From: Hyalangium minutum
GTDB taxonomy: Bacteria > Myxococcota > Myxococcia > Myxococcales > Myxococcaceae
Reading direction: 5' to 3'
DNA length: 64,000 bases
Assembly (NCBI RefSeq): GCF_000737315.1
Contig: NZ_JMCB01000005.1
Span: 440,292-504,291, forward strand
Both the position numbers and the translations under genes were made by a program. Every line of letters starts with the position of its first letter. Within the stretch, counting starts at the first letter, position 1. Shown piece after piece: positions 55,334 through 64,000 of the stretch. Under the pieces are notes generated by a model that worked only from the letters and a program-made list of their open reading frames with translations, had not been told where the DNA came from and searched no databases.

Positions 55334-56516
55334 GCGTCAGACTGCGGCAGTGGAAGACCCAGGAGGGCAAGGTGCAAGAGGCGTGGTGGGTGGACGTCAA
55401 GTACCAGCACCCCAGCGGCAGGGTGGAGCGCATCCGCAAGGCCTCGCCCATCAAAACCCGCCGGGGGGCTGAAGAGTACGAGCGTCAGATCCGACATGCA
55501 CTTCTCACCGGAACCTTCGGAAAGGAGAACAGCGCGGGTCGCATCCCCACCCTCGGGGAGTTCGTTCCGCGCTTCCTGACGTACAGCGAGAACAACAACA
55601 AGCACTCCAGCGTCGTCACCAAGCGGCAGATCCTGGATGATCACCTGATCCCCATGTTCGGCAACACGCCCCTTGATGCCATCGGTCCAGCAGAGATCGA
55701 AGACTTCAAGGCGGCCATGCGTAAGAAGCCCTCGGGCGCGAGAGCACGGAAGGAAGCCCCCACGCGGGCGGCCCTCCTCAAGCGCAGGGGCTCTGGTGGG
55801 GTGAAGTTGCTGTCTCTCAAGTCGATCAACAACGTTCTGACGGTCCTGCACAAGTTGCTGGCACTGGCTCAAGAACAGGGCGTGCTCCAACACGTCCCGC
55901 GCGTCAAGCTGTTCAAGACGGACAAGCCCGCCTTTGACTTCCTCTCCTTCGAGGAAGCCGAGCGCATGATCAATGCCGCTGAGCCGGAGTGGCGGACGTT
56001 GATCCTCGTGGCGCTCAAGACGGGCTGCGGCTTGGAGAGTTGATCGGGCTCCAGTGGGCAGACCTGGACTTGCAGCGCGGCAAACTCAACGTACGCCGAA
56101 CGATCTGGCGCGGCGTGGTGGGACTGCCCAAGGGTGGACGGGAAAGGACCGTGGACCTGCCCACATCGGCGGTGGAAGCACTCAAGGCACACCGCCACCT
56201 GTGCGGCTCTTACGTGTTCTGCCAGCCGGACGCTCGCCCGCTCACCGCTGGGATGACCAAGCACCCGCTCCTGCGGGCGCTGCGTAGGGCGGGAGTCAGC
56301 CGCCCAGAGGGCTGCATCGGCTGGCACGACCTACGGCACACCTACGGCAGCCACCTTGCGATGCGGGGCGTTGCCCTCAAGGTCATTCAGGAGTTGATGG
56401 GGCACGCGACCATCGAGATGACCATGAGGTACGCGCACCTGTCACCCGAGGCGCGGGAGAGCGCGGTCCAGGAACTAGATCGGCCCATCCCCCAACCGCG
56501 CGCCGCTCTGGGCTAG
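55330..56516 (+). pseudogene. Tyrosine integrase split by a frameshift near 56021-56025
   Basis: Frame 1 ends ALKTGCGLES*; the next frame continues LRLGELIGLQW...WHDLRHTYGS...LMGH...MRYAH. One G is missing in the TGLR codons. Confidence 0.88.
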
Positions 56517-56524
56517 AGACGCCA

Positions 56525-56547
56525 GAGGGGCACACTGAGGGCACATG
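56525..56547. repeat. Putative integrase arm-binding site (right)
   Basis: GAGGGGCACACTGAGGGCACATG; see 41814. Confidence 0.65.
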
Positions 56548-56561
56548 ATGAAAACGAGGAC

Positions 56562-56596
56562 AAAGAAAAACCCAGCAACCCGTTAAGATTGCTGGG
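56562..56596 (-). terminator. Intrinsic terminator downstream of the att/tmRNA 3' sequence
   Basis: CCCAGCAA/TTGCTGGG stem; on the minus strand it is followed by TTTTTCTTT. Confidence 0.75.
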
Positions 56597-56606
56597 CTTC
56601 TCGGGA

Positions 56607-56631
56607 TGGAGGCGGCGGGAATCGAACCCGC
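56607..56631 (-). repeat. att core, right copy (tmRNA-like 3' end fragment)
   Basis: Identical 25-mer to 41665-41689; the flank at higher coordinates does not continue as a tmRNA body. Confidence 0.85.
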
Positions 56632-56670
56632 TGCCGCGCATATACTCGGCGCTCTTCCAGGGAGTCATCC

Positions 56671-57747
56671 ATGCGCCGAGTCCTTGCCTTTTCGCTGCTC
56701 TTCCTGCCCCTGGCAGCCACTTCGATTGCTGGCTGTGGCGGAAGCAGCACCTTGCCCGAGACGCCCCCGGTCTCCGGCGATCCCATCGACACGCCGAAGA
56801 ACACCTGGACCTGGATCGACTTTCCCGACTCGGCCTGCGACGACGGCTCGCCCACGGGCATCGCCGTGAGCCAGAGCGACAGCAAGAACCTCCTCGTGTT
56901 CATGAACGGCGGCGGTGCCTGCTGGAACTTCCTCACCTGCTTCCAGCTCAACACCGCCTCGCACGGCCCCTTCGGCAAGACGCAGTTCGAGGCGCTCTCC
57001 GCTCAATTGGGCGGCACCATTCTCGATCGCAACCTGCCGAACAACCCGTTCGCAGATTGGAACCTCGTCTTCGTCCCCTACTGCACGGGCGATGTCCACG
57101 CCGGCGACAACGTCATCGACTACAAGGACAGCAACGGTGCCTCTCGCACCTACCACCACGTCGGCCGCGCCAACATCGCTGCCTACCTTCAGCGGCTCGG
57201 TGCCACCTTCTCCCCGGAGAAACTCGTCGTGAGCGGCAGCAGTGCTGGTGGGTTCGGCGCCGCCTTCGGCTATGAACTCTTCCGCTCCACCTTCCCGAAT
57301 GCTCAGGGCTATCTCGTCGATGATGCGGGTCCGGTGCTCAAGGGAGACGCGATCGCGAGCAGCCTCCGGGAGGCTTGGTACCAGTCGTGGCGGCTCGACA
57401 AGGCGCTGGAGGCCACCTGCCCCGAGTGCCGCAGCGACTTGTCGCAGGCGCTGAAGCACACCGCGCAGCGCTTCCCCCAGGACCGCATGGCACTGCTCTC
57501 CTCGACGCAGGACTCGGTCATTCGCAGCTACTTCATGCTCAGCGCCGACAGCTTCCAAGCCGCGCTGAACACCACGCTGACGGATGTCTTCGAGCCCCAG
57601 CCCCACTTCCGCGCCTACATCTCGCCGGGCCAGTTCCACACCTTCCTTGGGACACCGGATGCGCACCCGGCACAGGGCGTGAAGCTCACCGACTGGCTCG
57701 GCCAGATGGTCCGGGAAGAGGCGGGGTGGAAGTCGCTCAAGCCGTAG
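56671..57747 (+). CDS. Pectinacetylesterase-family lipoprotein
   Basis: Lipobox IAGC, CDDGSPTG, GGGACW, VFVPYCTGDVHAG, SGSSAGGFG. Confidence 0.88.
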   Translation: MRRVLAFSLLFLPLAATSIAGCGGSSTLPETPPVSGDPIDTPKNTWTWIDFPDSACDDGSPTGIAVSQSDSKNLLVFMNGGGACWNFLTCFQLNTASHGPFGKTQFEALSAQLGGTILDRNLPNNPFADWNLVFVPYCTGDVHAGDNVIDYKDSNGASRTYHHVGRANIAAYLQRLGATFSPEKLVVSGSSAGGFGAAFGYELFRSTFPNAQGYLVDDAGPVLKGDAIASSLREAWYQSWRLDKALEATCPECRSDLSQALKHTAQRFPQDRMALLSSTQDSVIRSYFMLSADSFQAALNTTLTDVFEPQPHFRAYISPGQFHTFLGTPDAHPAQGVKLTDWLGQMVREEAGWKSLKP

Positions 57748-57781
57748 CGCGGGTGCCCAGGCGGAAAGGGAAGGTGACAGC

Positions 57782-58150
57782 GTGGCTGTTCCTGCCGAGG
57801 AGGGCCGCGTCGCCTACCGCATCGAGACGGCTCGGCTGGTGCTGCGGTGCTACTGCCCGGCGGATGCGTCGGCCCGGAAGGCAGCGGTGGATGCCAGCCG
57901 CGAGCTCCTGCTGCCGTACATGGACTGGGCCAGGAGGATCCCCGGCCCATGGAGGCCCATGTCGCCGTGCTGCGTCGGTTCCGAGGCCTCTTCGACCTGG
58001 ACCAGGACCGGTTCTGCGGTGTCTTTGACGCGGCGGAGCAGCGGGTGTTGGGAGAGGTGGAGGCGTTTCCCTCCACCCCCTCCGCGAAGCAGGAACTGCG
58101 CGCCTTCGACGTGCTGGGTGCGCGGTTCCTGGGAGCTCCGGTACGGCTAG
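57782..58150 (+). pseudogene. RimJ/RimL-like GNAT acetyltransferase pseudogene
   Basis: YRIETARLVLRC...LLPYMDWA, frameshift near 57940, continues RRFRGLFDLDQD; the central IGYW region is absent. Confidence 0.65.
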
Positions 58151-58686
58151 GGGTTGTGCGACCAGGTCGTGGGGAACTGCAGAAGCGTTGCGACGACTTG
58201 GTTCGGGTTGCCCACAGGCGAGAGGTCCACGGGAGCCTGAAGCTGGTAGACAGAGCCCTGCGGCGGGAACACCGTGAGGGAGTCGTTCACCAGCGTCAGC
58301 GGCTTCGTGTTCATCAGCACCAGGGGAGGGCCACCGCCGGGCGGCTTCTCGATGGTCACCCGGATATCCAGGTACGTCGTCTGGCGGAAGGTCGGAGGGA
58401 GAGTCTTGGTGAGCTCGAGCAAGCTGAGCGGCGTCGTGTCGACATCCGCCTGGCTGAAGGTGACCTTGCCCAGCACGGGGCTGTCCGCAGACTGCTCGTA
58501 GCCGATGACCTTCATCTTGACGCCACCGAGTCCCGCGCCAAGGTTCGCTTCAATCCGGTACTTGATGCCGCCCTTGAAGTCCAACGTGACGATCCCCAGG
58601 ACGTTGACCTGGAGCGGAATGTTTACGCCATAGCCACTGCAGGGAATCTCCAAGCCAATGGGAGGAATCAAACCCATCAACGACAT
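58147..58686 (-). CDS. Hypothetical all-beta protein
   Basis: AGGAG RBS before ATG 58686; well-formed globular, beta-rich sequence; family not identified. Confidence 0.75.
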   Translation of the reverse strand: MSLMGLIPPIGLEIPCSGYGVNIPLQVNVLGIVTLDFKGGIKYRIEANLGAGLGGVKMKVIGYEQSADSPVLGKVTFSQADVDTTPLSLLELTKTLPPTFRQTTYLDIRVTIEKPPGGGPPLVLMNTKPLTLVNDSLTVFPPQGSVYQLQAPVDLSPVGNPNQVVATLLQFPTTWSHNP

Positions 58687-58836
58687 CGACAACTCCTGGT
58701 TGGGGGTGAGGTGCTGCGCACGATGGTGAGTCCATTTTCATGGACGGCCTCGTGCGGACTCCTTCTGCTCCCTTCCCTCCTGGAGCGGCAGTTGGATCTT
58801 TGTTGAATTGACAGCGGGTTCACGTTGTGACCGGGG

Positions 58837-61800
58837 TCATCTCCGGGACGCCAACCACTGGGACACCTCAGCCAGCCGGGGGGCGTGACCGCGGCGGCGC
58901 CATTCCTCGCGGGCGCGGGTGGCCAGCTCAAGCGCCCGAGGGCGATCCTGCTTCGACTCCCAGAGCGCTTGGGCCAGCGCGAACCGGACCTCCGTGCCGG
59001 CCTGTTCTGGCGCCAGCTTCAAGGCCCGCTCGAGCAACGGCACGGCGGCCGTGGGCCTGCCGCGCGCCAACTGGAGCCATCCCAGCCCGGTGAGTGGTTC
59101 CACCAGCCCGGCGTGCTCCTGCGGCTGTTGTTGCAAGGCCAGCGCGCGATCCAACTGTCGCTGTGCCTCGTCATACCGCCCCAGCCCCGTGAGGGCCCGG
59201 CCCAGCAGGGTGATGGGGATGGAGAGCACCGGGTGCCGAGGACCCAGCACCTTCTCCAGAATGGCCAGCGCCCGCTCCTGATGGGCCTTGGCCTCGCCAT
59301 ACCGTCCCAGGTCCGCGAGCACTCCGCCCAGGTTGATGAGCATGCCCGCCACATCCGGGTGCTCGGGGCCATAAGTCTTCTCCTGGATGTGCAGCGCGCG
59401 CTCGAACCGCAGCCGTGCGTCTTCGTACCGGCCCAGTCCCGCCATCGCGATGCCCAGGCTGGCGAGCACCTTGGAGACGTGGGGGTGCTCGGGGCCCAGC
59501 GCCTTCTCCACGATGGCCAGGCTGCGCTCATGCCGGACCTGTGCCTCCTCGTACTTTCCCAGGTCCAGGAGCACATTCCCCAGCTGCTGGAGCACGGTGG
59601 CCGTCTGGAGATGATCCGGGCCCAGTGCCTCCTCCACGATGGTCAGGGCACGCTCGTGCCGGACCCGGGCTTCCTCGTACTGGCCCAGCTCCTTGAACAC
59701 GATGCCCAACGTGGTGAGCGAGTGGGCCACGCTCACGTGCGTGGGGCCGACGGTCTCCTGCTGAATGGCCAGGGCGCGCTCGAGCCGCTCCTTCGCGTCC
59801 GCGTACTGGCCCATGCGCCGGAGCACGTTGCCCAGGTCCGTGAGCGCCAAGGCCACCCGAAGGTGGCTGGGGCCGAAGAGCTTCTCTCGAAGGGCCAGGA
59901 CGCGCTCGTAGTGCTCCTTCGCCTCCTGGAACTGGCCCACGCTCTCGAGCCGCCGGCCGCGCACCTGGAGCGAGTCGGCGAGGGTCGCCTCGTCTCCCGC
60001 CAACTCCACCACCGTCTCCACCAGGGGCTCCAGCGGCTCGGCCTCCTTGGGGCGTGCCTGGCGAATGCCCACCAGCAGCAGCCGGAGGTTCCAGGCCTGC
60101 GCCACCCGCACCGCATCCCGGCCGTGGGCCGCCTCGGAGATGGCCTGCGCCACCGTGCTCTCGCTGGCCTTGTAGTCGCCCGCGCCCTCTTGCAGCTGGG
60201 CTCGGAGCAGCAGGGCCCTCGCGTGCAGGGGCGCATGGCCCACCGGCTCCACCTGGGAGAGAAGTTGCTCGCTCAGCGCCAGCCCCTCTTTGTACTTTCC
60301 TGCCGCGAGCAGCACCTCCAGGGGTTCTACCTGCGCCTGCAGCGCCTCCACCCTCGCGCGCACCTGGGGATCCTCGGGAGGTGGCACCGCCGCCAGCAGC
60401 GCCTGGGCATCCGCGCAGTACTCCAGCGGCGGCAGCGCCTGCGCCACCGGCACCGCCTTGTCCACCAGCTCCGGATCCGGTCCACGCCCCAGCAGTCCGG
60501 TGAAGGCTTGGAGCTGGCTGCGCCGCCGCTCCAGGCAGGCCTCTCGCAGCAGCTCCAGGCTCTGCGACCGCGGTGCCGTCACCGGGTGCGCGGCCGCCAC
60601 CTGGCACACCTCGACTCGCTGCTTCACCCAAGCCTGGGCGTACCCATCCAGCAGCCGCTCCACGCGCTGGGCTGTGTCTTTCGCATACGGCAGCCCGGTG
60701 GCCTCCATCGCCTGGGTGACGCGGGCCTTCACCGGCGCGTCCCACACTCCCTCCAGGCGGCGCGTCAGGCTCTCGCAGTCCGGGCCCTGCTGGCGCACCC
60801 ACGTCCAGACCGCCAGCCCCGCGAACAGCGCCACCGCCGCCGTCAGTCCTCCCATTCGCAGCCAGTTCCGGCGCCGCACCTCGGGATCGTCCTCCAACTG
60901 CCGCAACACCTGCTCCAGGGAGCCGGGCCGCTGCAGCGGGTTGGGGTGCAGGCCCTGCAGCACCGCGCGAGCCACCCAGCCGGGCACCTGCGAGTCCGCG
61001 GGAGGAATGGGCGGCTGGCCCTCCTTCAAGAGGCGGAGAACCGACGCCATTGAGTCCATGGGGAAGGGGACTCGCCCATAGAGCGCCTCGTAGAGCGAGG
61101 CACAGAAGGCATACACGTCACTGCGCACATTCGCTGGCTGGCCTTGGAGCAGCTCCGGAGCCATGTACGCGGGTGTTCCCAGCACGGCGCCCGGCAAGGT
61201 GAGCGGCGCCTCCAGCGCGGAGGTGGGGAGGGCGGTGACAGGCTGTGCGGCGGCGTCTGGGGTCGCCCCAGCCCGTGCCAGGCCAAAGTCCGTGACTCGC
61301 ACCCGGCCGTCCTCGCCGACCAGGACATTGTCGGGCTTGAAGTCCCGGTGGACGAGGCCCGCGGCGTGTGCGGCCGTCAGCCCACGCCCCGCGGCCAGAT
61401 AGGCTTGGACGGCCTCTCGCCAGGACCGGGGCGAAGTCTGCTGGCTCCAGCTCCGCAGCGTCTGTCCCTGGACGTACTCCATGGCGATGAAGACGGAGCC
61501 ATCCTCGAGCGTCCCCGCGTCATAGACGGCCACCACGTGGGGGTGATTGAGGCGGGCCATGCTCTGCGCCTCCCGCACCATGCGGACCTGCGCCAGCCCA
61601 TCGCCGCTGCGCTGGGCCTCGTGCGAGCGCACCCGCTTCAGGGCCACACGCCGATCCAGCCGCGCGTCATAGGCGGCCACCACCACGCCCATGCCGCCCT
61701 GGCCCAAGACGTTCAGCACGGTGTAGCGGCCCGCCAGGGTGCTCCCGGGCGCCACGTGAAAACCCCCCACCTCCGAAGCAGGGGGTGTGGCACCCGAGGC

Positions 61801-61884
61801 AGGGGCGGAACCGGACTGCGGGCGGATGACCGTCTGGGCTTCCTCGGGTGTTGCCGGGGGGGCCTGCCGCGGGGACTCACTCAT
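58837..61884 (-). CDS. Ser/Thr kinase with TM helix and TPR repeats
   Basis: LGQGGMGVV, VALK, HRDFKPDN, DFG, GTPAYMAPE; many ALG..HP TPR repeats. Confidence 0.95.
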   Translation of the reverse strand: MSESPRQAPPATPEEAQTVIRPQSGSAPASGATPPASEVGGFHVAPGSTLAGRYTVLNVLGQGGMGVVVAAYDARLDRRVALKRVRSHEAQRSGDGLAQVRMVREAQSMARLNHPHVVAVYDAGTLEDGSVFIAMEYVQGQTLRSWSQQTSPRSWREAVQAYLAAGRGLTAAHAAGLVHRDFKPDNVLVGEDGRVRVTDFGLARAGATPDAAAQPVTALPTSALEAPLTLPGAVLGTPAYMAPELLQGQPANVRSDVYAFCASLYEALYGRVPFPMDSMASVLRLLKEGQPPIPPADSQVPGWVARAVLQGLHPNPLQRPGSLEQVLRQLEDDPEVRRRNWLRMGGLTAAVALFAGLAVWTWVRQQGPDCESLTRRLEGVWDAPVKARVTQAMEATGLPYAKDTAQRVERLLDGYAQAWVKQRVEVCQVAAAHPVTAPRSQSLELLREACLERRRSQLQAFTGLLGRGPDPELVDKAVPVAQALPPLEYCADAQALLAAVPPPEDPQVRARVEALQAQVEPLEVLLAAGKYKEGLALSEQLLSQVEPVGHAPLHARALLLRAQLQEGAGDYKASESTVAQAISEAAHGRDAVRVAQAWNLRLLLVGIRQARPKEAEPLEPLVETVVELAGDEATLADSLQVRGRRLESVGQFQEAKEHYERVLALREKLFGPSHLRVALALTDLGNVLRRMGQYADAKERLERALAIQQETVGPTHVSVAHSLTTLGIVFKELGQYEEARVRHERALTIVEEALGPDHLQTATVLQQLGNVLLDLGKYEEAQVRHERSLAIVEKALGPEHPHVSKVLASLGIAMAGLGRYEDARLRFERALHIQEKTYGPEHPDVAGMLINLGGVLADLGRYGEAKAHQERALAILEKVLGPRHPVLSIPITLLGRALTGLGRYDEAQRQLDRALALQQQPQEHAGLVEPLTGLGWLQLARGRPTAAVPLLERALKLAPEQAGTEVRFALAQALWESKQDRPRALELATRAREEWRRRGHAPRLAEVSQWLASRR

Positions 61885-62025
61885 GTCCGCAGCATCTCGC
61901 GTCATCCGCACGGAGCGCCAGCCGGCTCACAACTCCGCGTGCATGTCAATTCAACGAAGAGCTCACTAGATTCGAGGCGGTGAGCGGTGGCAGGAGGGGG
62001 GCGTGCGGCCTGCTCGGAGGAAGGG

Positions 62026-63306
62026 ATGCGCGCCCTGAGCGTCTTGATTCTGTGGCGGATGGCCACCTCGCTCGCGGCGGTCGAGCCGGGAGCGCCCGAG
62101 CTCTGGGCGCGCTATCGCTGGGGCATGATGGCGGTGGTGGTGGCGGGCCTGCTCATGCTGGCGCTCATCGTCGTGCTGTTGCTGGAGCGGCAGCGGCGCA
62201 GGGGCGCTCAGCGGCTGAACCTGGCCGTGCTGGACTCACTCCCGGGCGCGGTGGCCATCCTGGACAGCAACGGCGCCGTGCTTCGAGCCAGCGCACCCTC
62301 GGCCCAGCGCGAGGGGTTGGGGGCGTTGTCCACCCAGAGGCTGGTGTTTCCGGGCCGCTCCTACCTGCAGGCACTGCAGAAGCTGACGCACGCGGGGGAG
62401 CTCGAGACAGCGGGGGTGGCCTCGCTGCTGGAAAACGTGCTCTCGGGCCGGGTGGAGGAGGGCATGGTGGAGTTCCGCGGCCCCCGGGCGGACACGTGGT
62501 TCGAGCTGCGCGCCCGGCGGCTGGAGTTGCCGGGCGGCGGCGCCGTGGTCACCGTGGTGGACGCGACTCCGCGCAGGCGTGCGGAGCTGGAGGCACGCCG
62601 GGCCCGGGACGAGCGGGCCCACATGGAGCGGGTTGCCGCGGTGGGCGAGCTGGGCGCCTCCATCGCCCATGAGCTGAACCAGCCCCTCTCGGCCATTCTC
62701 ACCAACGCCGAGACGGCGCTGCGGCTGCTCCATCGCACGCCGGCCGACCTCCCGCTGCTGCGAGAGGTGCTCGAGGACATCATCTCCGACGACAAGCGGG
62801 CCGGAGAGATCATCCGCCGCACGCGGGCGATGCTGAAGAAGGACCAAGCGCCTTTCGCCTCCCATGACTTCAATGAGCTGGTGCGCCAGGTGGCGCAGCT
62901 GGCCAGCAATGATGCGCAGCTTCGGGGCGCGACCCTCACGCTGCACCTGGCGGACGCGCCGCTGCCCGTGAAAGGGGATGGGGTTCAGCTGCAGCAGGTG
63001 GTGCTCAACCTCATTATCAACGCGCTGGATGCGGTGGGCCCGTGTCCGCCCGGAGAGCGGCAGGTGTGGGTGCGCACCCAACGAACGGACGGGCGCGTGG
63101 AGCTGGTCGTGGAGGACGCGGGCGTGGGCTTGAGCCCGGAGGTGCAGAAGCGTCTGTTCGAGCCGTTCTTCACCACCAAGCCAGCGGGACTGGGCATGGG
63201 GCTGTCCATCAGCCGCTCCATCCTGGAGGTGCACCAGGGCCGGCTGCAGGCGGAGCCTCGGCCAGGACGCGGCACTGTGTTCCGGTGCTCCCTGCCTGCT
63301 GCGTGA
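62026..63306 (+). CDS. Membrane sensor histidine kinase (PAS, HisKA, HATPase), no adjacent regulator
   Basis: SIAHELNQPL, QVVLNLIINALDA, FEPFFTTKP.GLGMGLSI. Confidence 0.9.
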   Translation: MRALSVLILWRMATSLAAVEPGAPELWARYRWGMMAVVVAGLLMLALIVVLLLERQRRRGAQRLNLAVLDSLPGAVAILDSNGAVLRASAPSAQREGLGALSTQRLVFPGRSYLQALQKLTHAGELETAGVASLLENVLSGRVEEGMVEFRGPRADTWFELRARRLELPGGGAVVTVVDATPRRRAELEARRARDERAHMERVAAVGELGASIAHELNQPLSAILTNAETALRLLHRTPADLPLLREVLEDIISDDKRAGEIIRRTRAMLKKDQAPFASHDFNELVRQVAQLASNDAQLRGATLTLHLADAPLPVKGDGVQLQQVVLNLIINALDAVGPCPPGERQVWVRTQRTDGRVELVVEDAGVGLSPEVQKRLFEPFFTTKPAGLGMGLSISRSILEVHQGRLQAEPRPGRGTVFRCSLPAA

Positions 63307-63339
63307 AGAGGCCTTCTGCTCGCGAAGCTCTGCCTTGAC

Positions 63340-63420
63340 GCGGCCACGGAGGGAGACAGCGCGGCCACCCCGTCCAGGAACATGCCGTTGGTGGAGTTCA
63401 AGTCCTCCCGCTGCGTCACC
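63340..63420 (-). pseudogene. Possible FHA-domain gene scrap
   Basis: EDLNSTNGMFLDG resembles the FHA DLxSxNGT motif; very short. Confidence 0.35.
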
Positions 63421-63499
63421 CGCAGGTGCCGGCTGGGCTTGCTGGCGGCTCACGCGTGGATCCGGGATGACATGTCGCAGTCCTCGCTACGTCCCACCT

Positions 63500-64000
63500 G
63501 ATGGAGGACCTCCGTTATAGGCGAGGTGGCCGGTGCGACGCTTCCGACTGGGGTGGCGCAGGCAGCCGTGGCGCAGGCCGGGCCGTTGGCAGTGGTGGCA
63601 CCCGGGGGCTTTCGGGTGGAGGGGTTGAGCCTGGAGGCCGCAGCACAGTTGCTGCGGAAACTGGGGTGCTGACGCTCACCCGAGCGGTGCGGGTGTTTGC
63701 GTGTGCAGCGCCGGTGGACATGCGCAAGGGGTTTGACGGGCTCAGCGGCGCTGGTGGAGCAGCAGTTGGGAGGGCAGGTGCTCAAGGGGGACGTGTTCCT
63801 GTTCGTGGGCAGAAGCCGTCGCCCGGCCAAGGTGCTCTACTTCGATGGGACGGGGCTGGTGCTGCTCACCAAGCGGCTGTTCTGGTGGAGGGCGGCCGCT
63901 ACTCGGTGGAGTTTGCCGTCCACGTGGCCCTGCAGAAGTATGCCTTTCACCTGCCCCTGGCACGCCAGCAGCGCATGTTCCTGCGTGAGGGCTTGGTGGT
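63500..64000 (+). mobile_element. Decayed IS66-family element (tnpA tail, frameshifted tnpB, deleted tnpC)
   Basis: GFRVEGLSLEAAAQLLR (TnpA tail); PVDMRKGFDGL and DVFLFVGR...KVLYFDGTG...KRL (TnpB); joined at about 63885 to KYAFHLPLARQQRM (mid TnpC). Confidence 0.85.

Larger units (their letters stand above)
41665..56631. mobile_element. Integrative element (~15 kb) with defence cargo and kinase/DUF2381/Xis/Int core
   Basis: 25-bp direct repeats, arm-like repeats inside both ends, integrase and excisionase at the right end, visibly AT-richer cargo. Confidence 0.85.

Noticed and set aside
58885-61053. 722-aa plus-strand ORF
   Set aside because: Antisense shadow of the kinase-TPR gene.

Overview
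High-GC myxobacterial chromosomal DNA (Cystobacterineae-like by gene content; the taxon is inferred). The left 23 kb are ordinary accessory and envelope genes: a partial YcaO, hydrolases, secreted and lipoproteins, an M23 peptidase, FUSC, a priming sugar transferase, Omp85, a kinase, a TPR protein, AbrB, and a c-type-heme/DUF1501 triplet. The standout is a compact minus-strand operon at 23.5-30.6 kb that looks like an undescribed RiPP pathway. It reads GT1 glycosyltransferase -> 64-aa Cys-rich precursor -> DUF692/MNIO enzyme fused to a partner/RRE module -> GT4 glycosyltransferase fused to a homologous partner/RRE module -> AsnB-type amidotransferase. Three phased heptamer repeats lie upstream and a hairpin follows the precursor gene. 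An ECF sigma/anti-sigma cluster, a PI-PLC and decayed genes follow. A ~15-kb integrative element (41665-56631) is bounded by 25-bp direct repeats of a tmRNA-like 3' end. It carries a Lamassu-type (ABC-three-component) operon, an unnamed two-gene nuclease pair, an AbiJ-type gene, IS91-like remnants, and a core of XRE regulator, kinase-like pair, DUF2381, excisionase and frameshifted tyrosine integrase. The right end holds more accessory genes and an IS66 remnant. All family calls come from motif recognition by eye; no database searches were run. Several start codons were moved from the ORF track based on ribosome-binding sites.
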